Part shown: positions 37,889 to 48,307 of the stretch, piece by piece
How the letters are laid out: each line of letters begins with the position of its first letter
Position numbering within the stretch: the first letter of the stretch is position 1
The notes under the pieces: model-generated
The model's input: only the letters and a program-made list of their open reading frames with translations
Told to the model about the DNA's origin: nothing
Databases searched by the model: none
Made by a program: the position numbers and the translations under genes
Origin: Chloroflexota bacterium
GTDB lineage: Bacteria; Chloroflexota; Anaerolineae; Aggregatilineales; Ch27
Direction: 5' to 3'
DNA length: 64,000 bases
NCBI GenBank assembly: GCA_019873685.1
Contig: JAIOAT010000005.1
Coordinates: forward strand, 65,428-129,427

Positions 37889-39946
37889 TCAATCACTAAC
37901 AGTCTCCGCAGTGAACAGGTCACCGGGTGGCACCACAATGATCTGCGGCAATGTCCCCCCGGCCAGCTGCTTGACAATCGCGTTGATCGATGCCGCCGGG
38001 ATTCGCTCGCCGGCGACCGCCACCGTTGCCCGCATGAAGTAACCCTGGCGGATATGCTGCAGTGCTACTGCCTCCGCGTCCACGCCCGTCACAATCACTG
38101 CAGAAGGTGCGATCCCGGCCTGCTCAAGTGCGGCGATCGCCCCGTAGGCTCCGGCGTCGTTTATGCTGAGAATCACATCAATAGCAACACCATCAGCCAG
38201 TAGACGGCTCACCGACTGCCGGGCCAGTGCGATTGTACCACCCCTGTAACGACCGATGATATGCGCTTCCGGCGCTACTGCCAGTAGGCCATCTTCCAGA
38301 CCGTCAGCCCGACGGACGATGCTGGGCAAGTCCGGGAAGTCCAGGATAACCACCTCAGCATGCCCATGCAGTTCCTCCTGTACCAGCTGACCCGCGTAAC
38401 GACCCGGTATTTGCCCCAGCGCGTAATCGTCGTGCGTGATCACCACCGCTGGATACGGCGGCGGTTCATCCATGTTGTGCAGCACCAGGGCCAGACCGTC
38501 TTCCGCGGCTGACCGCAATGTCCGGCTGACGGCTTCCGAGTCAACAACACAGACGATCAGCGCCCTGGCGCCATCCGTGCGCGCCCGCTCAATCTGGATG
38601 ATCTCCTCATTGGCGTCAGTCTGAGCATCGTAAACCCGGAACGCCAGCCCATGCGCCGCGCTGGCATCCGATAGCCGACGTGCCATGGTGGCAAAGAACT
38701 CGCTCGTCTGGTTACAGATCACGTAACCGATGAAACCAGTACTGCCCAGCGCCTGCCGTGCCAGCGCAACTTCCGCTTCGCTGGCCACGACATCTTCCGG
38801 CGTACCGGCCTGCCCGGCCAGCAGCGTAGCCCGCAGGCCTGGCGCAGCGCCTGTAGGGCCGGAGAGGATGTACCACAGGCCCAGCGCGAGTGCAATCGCC
38901 ATAACCACGAAGGCAGGCCACTGTCTGAGCAGTAACCCTCTATGCCAGGGCAAGAGCCTCCCGTCCTCACGAACGCCCATCTCTTGGAGCACGCTTTTGC
39001 GCCCCGTCAGACCAGCACCAGGGGCCAGCGTAAAACCAGCGCCAGGAACCAGAACCCGATCCGGCAGCGCAGAAGCAACGCCCGGCAGGCGCTCCAGACC
39101 GGGCATCAGCGCTTCCGTCAGCGCTTGAGCCATCTGCTCAGCTGTGTCGAAGCGGTCCGCCGGAGCCTTCTGCAATGCCTGAAGGAGCACATGCTCAACG
39201 CCGGGCAATAGATCAGGGTTGAACTCGTGAGGCGGCGGGGGAGCCTTCTCGATATGCTGGTAGATCAGCGAGAACGCTGTCGGGCCTTCGAATGGCGGGC
39301 GTCCCACCAGCATGTGATAGAGTATCACCCCCAGGCTGTAGATGTCCGCGCGATGATCGACCGGATCGCCCCGCAACTGCTCCGGAGCCATATAGGCAGG
39401 CGTCCCAACGACTGCTCCTGTGAGCGTGAGTTGAGAAACATCGCTCAGCATCTTGGCCAGCCCAAAGTCAGCCAGGTAGGCATTCTTCTCGTCATCCAGC
39501 AGGATGTTGCTTGGCTTCAGATCACGATGAATCACCGCGCGCCGATGCGCGTAGCCCAGCGCTTGGGCGATCTGGCCAAATAGCCTGACGGCCAGTTCCT
39601 GCCCCAGCGGCTGTTGCTCCAGTAGATCGCGCAGCGTCCCGCCGCGCACGTAGCGCATTGCAATATACAGCACCTGATCGGAAATTCCGTAGTCGATCAC
39701 AGGCAGAATATGGGGGTGCTCCAGCGCAGCAACAACTTCGGCTTCCTGCTTGAAGCGCTCCTGAAGCACCGTCTGCCCGGTGGCAGATTCAAGAGGGATG
39801 ATCTTCAGTGCGACTTCGCGTCTGACTGAAGGCTGGTAAGCGCGGTAAACCTCGGCCATCCCCCCCTGCCCGATTCGTTCACGAACAAGGTAGGGGCCGA
39901 TTTGCTCGCCACTCCGATTCACAGAGAGCACAAAAACAGTCTCCAT
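37889..39946 (-). CDS. Ser/Thr protein kinase with single TM and extracytoplasmic type-1 periplasmic (sugar) binding-protein domain
   Basis: Kinase motifs GQGGMAEVYRA, HRDLKPSNILL, DFGLAK and [11 protein letters not shown] segment WPAFVVMAIALALGLWYILSG. The C-terminal 300 aa resemble RbsB/LacI-core PBP1 (IGYVICNQTSEFFATMARRL..ALIVCVVDSEA..VILSINDAGAYGAIAALEQAG..VTGVDA). The start is uncertain: ATG 39946, or GTG 39931 preceded by GGAG. The track start at 40015 is unlikely. Confidence 0.85.
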   Translation of the reverse strand: METVFVLSVNRSGEQIGPYLVRERIGQGGMAEVYRAYQPSVRREVALKIIPLESATGQTVLQERFKQEAEVVAALEHPHILPVIDYGISDQVLYIAMRYVRGGTLRDLLEQQPLGQELAVRLFGQIAQALGYAHRRAVIHRDLKPSNILLDDEKNAYLADFGLAKMLSDVSQLTLTGAVVGTPAYMAPEQLRGDPVDHRADIYSLGVILYHMLVGRPPFEGPTAFSLIYQHIEKAPPPPHEFNPDLLPGVEHVLLQALQKAPADRFDTAEQMAQALTEALMPGLERLPGVASALPDRVLVPGAGFTLAPGAGLTGRKSVLQEMGVREDGRLLPWHRGLLLRQWPAFVVMAIALALGLWYILSGPTGAAPGLRATLLAGQAGTPEDVVASEAEVALARQALGSTGFIGYVICNQTSEFFATMARRLSDASAAHGLAFRVYDAQTDANEEIIQIERARTDGARALIVCVVDSEAVSRTLRSAAEDGLALVLHNMDEPPPYPAVVITHDDYALGQIPGRYAGQLVQEELHGHAEVVILDFPDLPSIVRRADGLEDGLLAVAPEAHIIGRYRGGTIALARQSVSRLLADGVAIDVILSINDAGAYGAIAALEQAGIAPSAVIVTGVDAEAVALQHIRQGYFMRATVAVAGERIPAASINAIVKQLAGGTLPQIIVVPPGDLFTAETVSD

Positions 39947-39955
39947 AAAAACAAG

Positions 39956-39969
39956 TTGACAATTGTCAA
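39956..39969. promoter_or_regulatory. Perfect 14-bp palindrome TTGACAATTGTCAA (candidate operator / back-to-back -35 boxes) between the divergent kinase and NUDIX genes
   Basis: Read directly; the sequence equals its own reverse complement. It sits in a locally AT-rich patch and overlaps a CAATTGT direct repeat (39960-39973). Confidence 0.5.
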
Positions 39970-40102
39970 TTGTACCCCGAACCACGCCTGTCACAATGGA
40001 TACCACAGACTGCATGAGGCGCCCCGTAGTTCGGAGTTCTGCCCTGGCGCTTTGCCCGCGTTATACTTCCGCCATGGTCATAGCTGGCAAGGAAGGGCGT
40101 CA

Positions 40103-40630
40103 ATGGGAGCACACGATCAGGGCGCGGACGCGACAGCAGGGCGCTGGCTGACGATTCCGCGCACATTGTCCTTTGTCACACATGGGGAAGACGTCTTGTT
40201 GCTCAGACGCGGGCCGCACCGGCGTGTTTTCCCCAACAAGTACAACGGTGTAGGCGGCCATATTGAGCGCACAGAAGATCCACTGAGCAGTGCGATCCGG
40301 GAAATTCGGGAAGAGACCGGGCTGGAAGTCCGGTGCCCGCTGTTCTGCGGCATCTCCCACATTGACGCCGGACAGGATACCGGCATACTGCTGCTGATCT
40401 TCCGGGCGGAAGCGCTCTCCCGCGATTTCGTCAATTCCAGAGAAGGCACGCTGGAATGGGTGCCCCAGGCGGATGTTCTGCGCTACGATCTGGTAGAGGA
40501 CCTGCCCGTGGTGCTGCCCCGGGTTCTGGCGCAGCGGCCCGGCGACCCGCCATTCTTCATCCATCTCAGCTACAACGAAGCGGATGAGGTGCAGATTCGT
40601 TTCGCCCCGGATACCCCAGGAGAAGACTGA
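40103..40630 (+). CDS. NUDIX hydrolase
   Basis: Complete Nudix box GGHIERTEDPLSSAIREIREETGLEV (GX5EX7REUXEEXGU). I moved the start to ATG 40103 because the upstream part of the track ORF overlaps the kinase leader and is not protein-like. Confidence 0.9.
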   Translation: MGAHDQGADATAGRWLTIPRTLSFVTHGEDVLLLRRGPHRRVFPNKYNGVGGHIERTEDPLSSAIREIREETGLEVRCPLFCGISHIDAGQDTGILLLIFRAEALSRDFVNSREGTLEWVPQADVLRYDLVEDLPVVLPRVLAQRPGDPPFFIHLSYNEADEVQIRFAPDTPGED

Positions 40631-40632
40631 TC

Positions 40633-42672
40633 ATGCCGGAGAATAAGCGTCACATTGTTGCGGAAGATCTCTACCGGATGGTCGGCGTCCAGGACCCACA
40701 GATCAGCCCGGATGGCCGCCAGATTGCCTTTGTGCAGCTGATCCGCGACCGCCACCAGAACAAAGCGCGCCAGTCAATCTGGCTGGCGGCAACCGACGGG
40801 AGTCGTTTGCGCCAGTTCACCAATGGGGAAGCCGCTGATACCGCGCCGCGGTGGAGTCCTGACGGCACTTCGCTGGTGTTTGTCTCCACCCGAACCGGTA
40901 AGCCACAGCTCTATCTCATTCCTGCGGATGGCGGTGAGGCCGTCCAACTGACCTACATGCCCAACGGCGCCACAGCGCCGGCCTGGTCGCCTGATGGACG
41001 GCAGATCGCTTTCCTGTCGTCTGCCCGCCCGGAGGAATGGCAGGCTGAGACCGATAAAGAAGACCTGCCGCCCGCCGGATTGGATGAGCAGGACAAGGCT
41101 AAGCCAGACGAAGAAGCCGAGAAAAAACGCGTCGATCCGCGCGTGGTGGAGCGTCTGCCCTACCGCAGCGGTACCACCTACTGGGACGGGCGCTATGCGC
41201 AGGTCTATGTCCTGCCGGTGACACCTGACGCCGACGGGAGACGACGCCCCCGTCGGCTGACCGGCGAACCACGGGACTATGGCACGCTATACTGGTCTCC
41301 GGACGGCCTGGCGCTATACTGTATTGCCAGCCGCAAACCGGAACACGACGCCCCATGGATGTTCAATTCCGTAGTCCGCATTGACGCCGCGAGTGGCGCA
41401 CAGGCTCAACTCACCGGCGAGGGATGGACCTGCCATGAAGTCAGGCCCTCACCGGACGGTCGATGGTTGGCCTGCCTCGCCCACCCGGATCGGCTGCCGA
41501 CAAACCAGTTCTCCCGACTGGCGCTCCTGCCGGCGGCTGGCGGCGAATTCCACCTGCTGGAAGGAATGCCCGATCGCAACATCACCGCCGTCGAATGGGC
41601 GGCAGACGGTGAGTCATTGCGCTTTGTGGCGCAGGATGGAGGCAGCGAGCCACTCTACCGGATCGATATCAGCGGCAGCCAGGCCAGGAGGGTCATGCCG
41701 CTGGATGCCACAGTGACCGGCTTTCACACCGGGCCGGATGATGTTGTAGCCGCAACGATCTTCACTGCTGACGGTTACCATGAGCTGTACGCCAGCGTCG
41801 CCGGTAGCGAATTCCGACGCCTGACTGACTTCAACCGGGCGTTTCTGGACTCGGTCAGTGTGGCGACTGCGGAGAAGCTGCACTACACCAGCCCGGACGG
41901 CACGCCGGTAGACGGCTGGGTGATCCGCCCGCCAGACTACGAGGCAGGCAAACGCTACCCCCTGGCGGTGAACATCCACGGTGGGCCGCAGGGCATGTGG
42001 GGTGCCAGCACGCCGACCATGTGGCTGGAATGGCAGCACCATGCCGCCAGCGGCTACGTGGTGTTCTTCTGCAATCCACGCGGCTCGACCGGGTATGACG
42101 AAGCGTTTATGCTGGCCAACCTGGGCGACTGGGGGGATGGCCCCATGCAGGACGTGCTGGCGGGTGTTGACCAGCTTGTTGAACGCGGGCTGGCTGATCC
42201 TGAGCGGTTAGCCATCACCGGCGGCTCGTATGGCGGCTACCTGACCGCCTGGATCATTGGCCACGATCAGCGCTTCAAAGCAGCGGTGGCCCAGCGCGGG
42301 GTCTACCATCTGCTGGCTTTTCATGGCACGACCGACATCCCGCTGTTCATGGCCTCCAATGTCGGCGCGGAACCGTGGGAAGATCCGCAGGCGTTCTGGC
42401 GGCTTTCGCCGCTGGCTTACGCCGAACAGATCACCACTCCGCTGCTGATCCTGCACAGCGAGAATGACTTCCGCGTGCCCATCTCGGAGGCAGAGCAATT
42501 GTTTGCGACCCTCAAACGGCTGGGGCGGACCGTTCAGCTGGTTCGCTATCCACGTGAAGGGCATGAACTGTCACGCTCCGGCGAACCAGCGCACATCGTC
42601 GACCGCCTACAGCGCATCGTCAACTGGTGGGATCGCTACTGCAAACCGCCACGAGAGGAAGCGCCAGTCTAG
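40633..42672 (+). CDS. S9 family serine peptidase (acylaminoacyl-peptidase / prolyl oligopeptidase-like) with N-terminal beta-propeller
   Basis: Propeller repeats (SPDGRQIAF, WSPDGTSLVF, WSPDGRQIAFL). Catalytic triad context ITGGSYGGYL (Ser), SENDFRVP (Asp) and REGHEL (His). Confidence 0.9.
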   Translation: MPENKRHIVAEDLYRMVGVQDPQISPDGRQIAFVQLIRDRHQNKARQSIWLAATDGSRLRQFTNGEAADTAPRWSPDGTSLVFVSTRTGKPQLYLIPADGGEAVQLTYMPNGATAPAWSPDGRQIAFLSSARPEEWQAETDKEDLPPAGLDEQDKAKPDEEAEKKRVDPRVVERLPYRSGTTYWDGRYAQVYVLPVTPDADGRRRPRRLTGEPRDYGTLYWSPDGLALYCIASRKPEHDAPWMFNSVVRIDAASGAQAQLTGEGWTCHEVRPSPDGRWLACLAHPDRLPTNQFSRLALLPAAGGEFHLLEGMPDRNITAVEWAADGESLRFVAQDGGSEPLYRIDISGSQARRVMPLDATVTGFHTGPDDVVAATIFTADGYHELYASVAGSEFRRLTDFNRAFLDSVSVATAEKLHYTSPDGTPVDGWVIRPPDYEAGKRYPLAVNIHGGPQGMWGASTPTMWLEWQHHAASGYVVFFCNPRGSTGYDEAFMLANLGDWGDGPMQDVLAGVDQLVERGLADPERLAITGGSYGGYLTAWIIGHDQRFKAAVAQRGVYHLLAFHGTTDIPLFMASNVGAEPWEDPQAFWRLSPLAYAEQITTPLLILHSENDFRVPISEAEQLFATLKRLGRTVQLVRYPREGHELSRSGEPAHIVDRLQRIVNWWDRYCKPPREEAPV

Positions 42673-42710
42673 CAGTTGTGCGCTGACCTGCCCGGCGCTA
42701 CACTGACGGT

Positions 42711-45467
42711 ATGAACGTATCGCGCGCACAGATCAGTGGCCTCCTGGCCATCCTGATTATCATGACCGGCATGGCGACGATTGGCACAGGGACAAGGCCC
42801 CTGGCTGCTCAGGAGCCTTCCCCTGTGCCTTCCGGAACGGTTACCCCTGTTCCGGGTAGCGGCCCTGTGCGCGTTTACGATCGCCTCGAATGGGCTGTCA
42901 GTATCCCATTTACGCCTGACAACCCCTATGATCCCGCTGAAGCCGATGTTTTTGGCGTGTTCACTGCGCCGGATGGCCGCGAACTGGTGATGCCCGCCTT
43001 CTGGATGCAGCCCATGGCCCAGACCTGCGAGGAGGATTGCGCCATCGAGGTGCTGGAACCCGCAGGCGAACCGGGCTGGCGGATCCGCTTCGCGCCGGAT
43101 ACAGCGGGCCAGTGGGCTTATCGGTTCCAGGTGCGCCGGCAGGGGGGGCCAGAAACCACAGTTGAGGCTGGCACTTTTGAGGTGCAATCCGGGCCGGGGC
43201 GCGGTTTTGTCCGGGTCGCTGAAAACAGCCGTTACTTCCGTTTCGACGATCAAAGCGCCTACTTTCCCATAGGACACAATCTGGCGTGGTCATGGGATGG
43301 GGTGGGCGGCGTTTTCGCCTACGACAGGTGGCTGCGTAACCTGGCGGCCAACGGTGGCAACTACGCCCGGCTGTACATCGACACACCCTGGTTTATCGGC
43401 TTCGAATGGCAGCCCCCGGTTGGAGATTACACCGCCGCGCAGGACGACTTCTGGCGTTTGGATTTCATCCTGCAACGCGCAGAAGAACTGGGTATCTACC
43501 TGGATGTAGTCGTGCTATGGCATCAGGCGCTGGCCAACTATGGCGGCACTCCGGTGCTCCCACCGGCCCAGCCGCGACGCGCGGATACCAGCGCCGATTG
43601 GCGGCGCAACCCGTACAATGTGATCAACGGCGGCCCGCTGGCCAGCACGACCGGCTTCTTCACCGAAGCGCGGGCGCGGGAGTTATTCCGGCAACGCCTG
43701 CGCTACCTGGTGGCACGGTGGGGATACAGCACCCACATTTTCGCCTGGGATTTGCTCAGCGACGCCGACCGCGTCCTGGGCTACAGCCCGGAGATCGTGC
43801 TGCCGTGGCTGGAGGAGATGTCGACCTACCTGCGGGCAACCGACCCTTACGATCATCTGATCACGATTGGCTCAGCGGAAGCGCCGCTGGAGTTGTTGGA
43901 TGCGCCGGGGATCGATTTCGGGCAGGTGCGTTTCTATCAGCGTCGCCCGCTGGTCGATCCGGTCGATCAGGTGTTGAGCGTCAGCCGCCTGATCAGCGAC
44001 GCACGTCTGCGCACCGCCCGACCGGTGATGCTCACCGAATTCTCCCTCAGCCCCTGGTATGAACCAGCCGATGAAGACCCAACCGGCGCGCATATCCGGG
44101 ATACCATGTGGGCCAGCGTGATGGCCGGTGCAGCCGGACCGGGTGCTTCCTGGTGGTGGGATACTTATCTGGAGCCGCTCGAACTGACCGAGATTTACCG
44201 GCCACTGGCCCAGTTCGCGGCGGGCATCCCCTGGCCAGCACTGCGCCTGGAACCGATCCAGACGCAACTGCTCTCCGACAGACCTGCCGACTATCTTCCG
44301 TTGCGGGTGGATGGCTACGACCGGCGCTTTCTGGCTCCTGATTTGCCGGAGCTTGGGCCACATACACTGACAGCTGACGGCCCTTCGCCGGGTGTGGGAC
44401 TGCTCTCAGGCTTCCTGTATGGGCAGACGTACAACAACCAGCAGCGAACCTCGCATCGCTACATCCTTAACGCGCCGGTGGATACCGTGCTGACCGTCGG
44501 CGTGGGCAGCGTATCGCGGCAAGCTAAAGCCCGCCTGGTCGTGGTGATTGACGGGCGTACCGCCGTCGAGGTGGAACTCGCGGCAGGGGCAACCGGCGCA
44601 GCGGTGAGCGTCCCCCTGCCAGCAGGCAGGCATGATCTGGAGCTGCGCAACGATGGCGACGACTGGCTTCAGATCGAGCATGTGACCATTGCCCACTATG
44701 TGCCGCCGCTGCGGGCGCTGGCGCTTATGGACAGTGACACAGGGCTGCTGCTGGCCTGGTTCCAGAACCGGGCTTACACCTGGCAGACCGCTGACAGTGC
44801 GCCGCCAGTGGGGCAGGGATTCCGCGCAGTCGTGGAGGGCATGCCCGTCGGCGAATACCGCCTGGAGTACTGGGACCCCTTGACCGGGCAGGTCATTGGC
44901 GAGGAGCGGGCGCTGGTCAGGTCAGAGGACAGCGGGCAACTGGCTTTTGATCTGCTGCCGATCGCGCGGACACTGGCCGTCCGGGCAATGCCGGTCACTG
45001 GCTTGGCGCCTGCTCCATCTCCCACTGCTACTGCTACACCGACCCCAACGGCAACAGAGACGACCACTCCCACGCCTACAATGACGGCTACGGCAACAGC
45101 GACACTGACTGCGACCTACACGCCAACGCGCTCCGCGACGCGCACTGCGACGCGCACCGCGACGCCAACAGGAACATCAACGGCGACGCCCACACCATCG
45201 CTGACCGCAACACGAACGGCGTCCCCGACCTCCACGCCCACTGCGACGCTTACTGCGACGCTTACTGCGACACGCACACCGTCAGCGACCGCAACGCCAA
45301 CAGCGACCTCTACCCTGACACAGACCCCAACGCGGACGCCCACGCCGTCAGCAACACCTACGATGCGGCCAACACGCACGCCAGTCCCGACTAACACCCC
45401 CACCCCAACCGCGACGCCGACGGTGCTCCGCACGCCCCCGGTAGCGGTTTCCGCCGTGCCCGAATGA
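42711..45467 (+). CDS. Secreted putative glycoside hydrolase (N-terminal Ig-like DUF5060-type domain + cellulase-fold TIM barrel) with about 150-aa Thr/Pro/Ala-rich tail
   Basis: Signal/[19 protein letters not shown]5060-like block [56 protein letters not shown]-barrel-like blocks [10 protein letters not shown] and VMLTEFSL. The tail is [19 protein letters not shown]... The family call is approximate. Confidence 0.65.
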   Translation: MNVSRAQISGLLAILIIMTGMATIGTGTRPLAAQEPSPVPSGTVTPVPGSGPVRVYDRLEWAVSIPFTPDNPYDPAEADVFGVFTAPDGRELVMPAFWMQPMAQTCEEDCAIEVLEPAGEPGWRIRFAPDTAGQWAYRFQVRRQGGPETTVEAGTFEVQSGPGRGFVRVAENSRYFRFDDQSAYFPIGHNLAWSWDGVGGVFAYDRWLRNLAANGGNYARLYIDTPWFIGFEWQPPVGDYTAAQDDFWRLDFILQRAEELGIYLDVVVLWHQALANYGGTPVLPPAQPRRADTSADWRRNPYNVINGGPLASTTGFFTEARARELFRQRLRYLVARWGYSTHIFAWDLLSDADRVLGYSPEIVLPWLEEMSTYLRATDPYDHLITIGSAEAPLELLDAPGIDFGQVRFYQRRPLVDPVDQVLSVSRLISDARLRTARPVMLTEFSLSPWYEPADEDPTGAHIRDTMWASVMAGAAGPGASWWWDTYLEPLELTEIYRPLAQFAAGIPWPALRLEPIQTQLLSDRPADYLPLRVDGYDRRFLAPDLPELGPHTLTADGPSPGVGLLSGFLYGQTYNNQQRTSHRYILNAPVDTVLTVGVGSVSRQAKARLVVVIDGRTAVEVELAAGATGAAVSVPLPAGRHDLELRNDGDDWLQIEHVTIAHYVPPLRALALMDSDTGLLLAWFQNRAYTWQTADSAPPVGQGFRAVVEGMPVGEYRLEYWDPLTGQVIGEERALVRSEDSGQLAFDLLPIARTLAVRAMPVTGLAPAPSPTATATPTPTATETTTPTPTMTATATATLTATYTPTRSATRTATRTATPTGTSTATPTPSLTATRTASPTSTPTATLTATLTATRTPSATATPTATSTLTQTPTRTPTPSATPTMRPTRTPVPTNTPTPTATPTVLRTPPVAVSAVPE
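45003..45440 (+). repeat. In-frame low-complexity ACN/CCN/GCN (Thr-Pro-Ala) repeat tract, including a 12-bp tandem unit ACTGCGACGCTT x2 plus a near-copy (45240-45275)
   Basis: Read directly. It encodes ..[12 protein letters not shown].. and creates a mirror GVGVAV ORF on the opposite strand. Confidence 0.8.
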
Positions 45468-45496
45468 CAGCGCACGACAAATGGCCGACAATAACG

Positions 45497-45529
45497 AAAT
45501 CAGCCCACCCTTGCCGGATGGGCTGATTT
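45497..45529. terminator. Bidirectional hairpin terminator between convergent genes
   Basis: AAATCAGCCCA (45497-45507) pairs with TGGGCTGATTT (45519-45529). A/T runs flank both sides of the stem. Confidence 0.55.
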
Positions 45530-45554
45530 GTGCCGAGGCTCGGCAAGTCTGTCG

Positions 45555-47081
45555 TTACTTGCTCATGCTCCTGACTGCCGCGTATGCCGGGCGCGGGCCG
45601 GATGGGCCGATCAGCGACCACAGACACTGCTCGGAGTTCGCCCCGGCGGCCTCGCAGAAGTTGAGATTCCACAGGAACATCGGGCCGACATAGTTCAGGT
45701 TGCGGGCAATATCGAAGGCGGCAACGATGTACTGGGCCTGCTCGTTGAGATCGGTATAGGCAACGAACTCGTAACCGGCGGGCGGCGCACCGCCGATATC
45801 CGCGTTGGTGCCCCAACCGAATTCGGTTGCCCAGATGAAGGTCTGCGAATCGCCGTTAGCGACCATGATATTGCGGTAGTCGCGCAACGTTTGCAGGAAG
45901 AAGAAGCTGGGATGGTCATCATGGGTAGGTACGCCGGGCGTGTTATTGCAGCAGACAGACGCGGGCGGGTTGGCCCAGCCATTAGGGTGCGCCCCCAGCG
46001 CATCCGAGTAATTGGCCACGCCGTTGGCATACATGGCCCGCAGGTAGACGCGGTCATCAATGGCATTGATGCCGTCATTGAAGCCGGTAGGCGCCAGGCC
46101 GCCAGCAACCACAATCGCCGCAGGGTCCTTGGCCTTGATCGCGTTATAGGCCAGCCGCAGCAGCTCCACGTATTGTGCGGCGCTGATCGGATGGCTACTG
46201 CTGTTCCACTCACGGCGCAGGTTCTGCTCGTTCCAGATCTCGTAGGCGTCCACGCGCCCACGATAACGCTCCGCCAGCGCACCGACGAAGTTGGCATAGG
46301 TCTGGAAGTTGGCGGGCGGGCCATCTTCCTGCGTCGAATCACGCGCCCAGGCCGGCGCCTTTACCACGCTGAACAGGATCTTGACGTTGATCGACTCCAG
46401 CGTGTTGACCATCTCGTCGAGCGCCGCCCAGTTGATCTGGCCCTGGTTCGGTTCGTAGACTTTCCACTCGATCTGCTGCTTGACCCAGGTCATGCCCAGT
46501 TCAGTTACTCTGGCAGCAACTGCCGCCTGATTCTGGTTGGGCAGGTGAACCTGAATGCCATAGGCAAAGGCCACGTTCGGGGTGGTGCCACCACCCGGGA
46601 CCGGCGTCGGCGTCGGCGCCGGTGTCGTGCCGCCGCTACCGGGGATAGTCAGCCGCTGCCCGACAAAGATCAGGTTGGGGTTGGCGATATTGTTGAGCGT
46701 GACCAGTGTGCGGATCGTGGTGCCATAGCGAAGCGCGATGCGGTACAGAGTCTCCCCGCGCTGGACGATGTGGATCGACGTCTGGCCGGTACCCCCGCCG
46801 GGCGCCTGTGTAGGTGGTGGGGTCCCTCCACCAGCGGTGCCGGGGATCTTCAGGACCTGCCCGACAAAGATCAGGTTCGGGTTAACGATGCCGTTGGCCT
46901 GAACGATGGCGCTGATCGTTGTGCCGTATTGCAACGCAATGCGGTACAGGTTCTCCCCGGGTCTGACCACGTGGGTTCTTTCGCCTTGTTGTGCTGTGGC
47001 AGTGGCTGCTCCAAAAGCCAGGATCACCACCACGGCCAGGGCCACAGCGAGTGCACGTCTCATAGCTCCACTCCTCCTCAT
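45555..47081 (-). CDS. Secreted LysM-domain (x2) protein fused to a GH5-like (cellulase-fold) glycoside hydrolase domain
   Basis: Signal peptide [21 protein letters not shown]. Two LysM repeats ([44 protein letters not shown] and [44 protein letters not shown]). The catalytic block is [19 protein letters not shown] precedes the start. Confidence 0.85.
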   Translation of the reverse strand: MRRSGAMRRALAVALAVVVILAFGAATATAQQGERTHVVRPGENLYRIALQYGTTISAIVQANGIVNPNLIFVGQVLKIPGTAGGGTPPPTQAPGGGTGQTSIHIVQRGETLYRIALRYGTTIRTLVTLNNIANPNLIFVGQRLTIPGSGGTTPAPTPTPVPGGGTTPNVAFAYGIQVHLPNQNQAAVAARVTELGMTWVKQQIEWKVYEPNQGQINWAALDEMVNTLESINVKILFSVVKAPAWARDSTQEDGPPANFQTYANFVGALAERYRGRVDAYEIWNEQNLRREWNSSSHPISAAQYVELLRLAYNAIKAKDPAAIVVAGGLAPTGFNDGINAIDDRVYLRAMYANGVANYSDALGAHPNGWANPPASVCCNNTPGVPTHDDHPSFFFLQTLRDYRNIMVANGDSQTFIWATEFGWGTNADIGGAPPAGYEFVAYTDLNEQAQYIVAAFDIARNLNYVGPMFLWNLNFCEAAGANSEQCLWSLIGPSGPRPAYAAVRSMSK

Positions 47082-47432
47082 AATGGCCTGCTCACCGTAA
47101 ACTCATGATATAGGCGAGGCGGAGTTTTGCGCAAGTGCTGAGTCCACCTGACGAATATGCGCAATCACCGCCGCCGATCCAATCATCAGGTACGGGTAGT
47201 CGCTGCGGCAGCACTTCCACTGTACTCCCCTGGCCTCCTATCCACCCGGCCTCACTTTTTGCCCCCGCTTGCGACCATGAATTGCTGTACCCTGCATACT
47301 GAACCGGGTATACTCACCTGGTTATTGCACTGGCGCACCTTGCCCGGCGAATCAAAACCTGCACACGGTCTTGCTTGTACCTGCCTTAATCGGCTTTTGC
47401 TGTATGGGAGCTACTTCTCTGGAGAGAACGGC

Positions 47433-48293
47433 ATGTCTGGCCCCAGACGCGAAACATTCCCCCAGTCTACCTTTCCCGATCTGCGTATCCTGCCCATTGA
47501 CAATCTCCTGCCGCATGAGGAGCATGACGATCAGCGCGCCCGACCGTTGATCGAACGGCTCAAGCAGGCCACCCACTGGCTGAATCCGCCGATCGTGGCT
47601 CCGATCTACAATAGCGGCCTGTACGTGATTCTAGATGGCGCCAACCGGCATTTCGCCCTCAAAACACTTGGCTACGAGCATATCCTCGTCCAGGCGGTGG
47701 ACTACGAAAGCGAGGCAGTAGTCCTGGATACCTGGCACCATGCCGTGCGCGCCCTGACCATCGATCGCTTTCTGCCTGCCCTGCATGCCATCGAAGGTGT
47801 CAGCGTACGGGAAACTTCTCTGCTGAATGCCCGCGCTGCGCTGGCCGCGCGGGATATCCTGAGCTATGTCGTGACCCGGGATTCGCGGGTGTTCGCCCTT
47901 ACTCACAACGGCGACTCTACCAGCCGCACAGCCATGCTGCGGCGCGTGGTCAATGCCTATCGCCATCAGGCCAAGATCAGCCGCATCACCCACGATGAGA
48001 TCGCCCACGTCCGGGACAACTACCCGGATGTCATTGGCCTCGTCGTTTTCCCACGCTACGACCCGGCGGAGATCATGGTCGCCGCGCGGGACAACGACCT
48101 GCTACCGCCGGGGATCACCCGTCATATCATCTTCGGGCGGGCGCTACGGCTCAACTACCCGCTTCAGGAACTCCGCTATGCCAACGTCTCACTGGAGGAA
48201 AAGAACCGCCAGTTGAAGACCTGGATTCAGGAACGTTTGGACGCCAAACGTGTCCGTTTTTATGCGGAACCCACTTTCGTGTTTGATGAGTAG
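47433..48293 (+). CDS. ParB/Srx-fold protein; possibly SbnI/SerK-like free L-serine kinase family
   Basis: The N-terminal block LRILPIDNLLPHEEHDDQRARPLIERLKQATHWLNPPIVAPIYNSGLYVILDGANRHFALKTLGYEHILVQAVDY has the ParB N-domain layout (..DGxxR..). I chose the start at ATG 47433 behind GGAGAG; the 92 upstream codons of the track ORF are not protein-like. The SbnI/SerK link comes from my memory of the family layout and is not verified. Confidence 0.65.
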   Translation: MSGPRRETFPQSTFPDLRILPIDNLLPHEEHDDQRARPLIERLKQATHWLNPPIVAPIYNSGLYVILDGANRHFALKTLGYEHILVQAVDYESEAVVLDTWHHAVRALTIDRFLPALHAIEGVSVRETSLLNARAALAARDILSYVVTRDSRVFALTHNGDSTSRTAMLRRVVNAYRHQAKISRITHDEIAHVRDNYPDVIGLVVFPRYDPAEIMVAARDNDLLPPGITRHIIFGRALRLNYPLQELRYANVSLEEKNRQLKTWIQERLDAKRVRFYAEPTFVFDE

Positions 48294-48307
48294 TCGCAGG
48301 AGGCATC

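Noticed and set aside
45003-45440. Repetitive DNA considered as a possible CRISPR array or satellite.
   Set aside because: The repeats are short, degenerate, in frame and codon-structured, with no repeat-spacer periodicity. No cas genes are in the window.
45116-45475. Minus-strand ORF encoding GVGVAVGV repeats (and its twin at 50204..50533).
   Set aside because: It is the reverse-complement shadow of the ACN-CCN-GCN Thr/Pro/Ala linker codons of the real plus-strand genes.
47157-47432. Upstream extensions proposed by the ORF track for the ParB-like gene. The same occurs at 13976..14188, 39902..40102, 52387..52473, 54534..54572, 35174..35224, 37249..37341 and 26551..26607.
   Set aside because: The extensions are compositionally non-protein-like. 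They overlap neighbouring genes or promoters, and better-positioned internal ATG/GTG codons with SD-like sequences exist.
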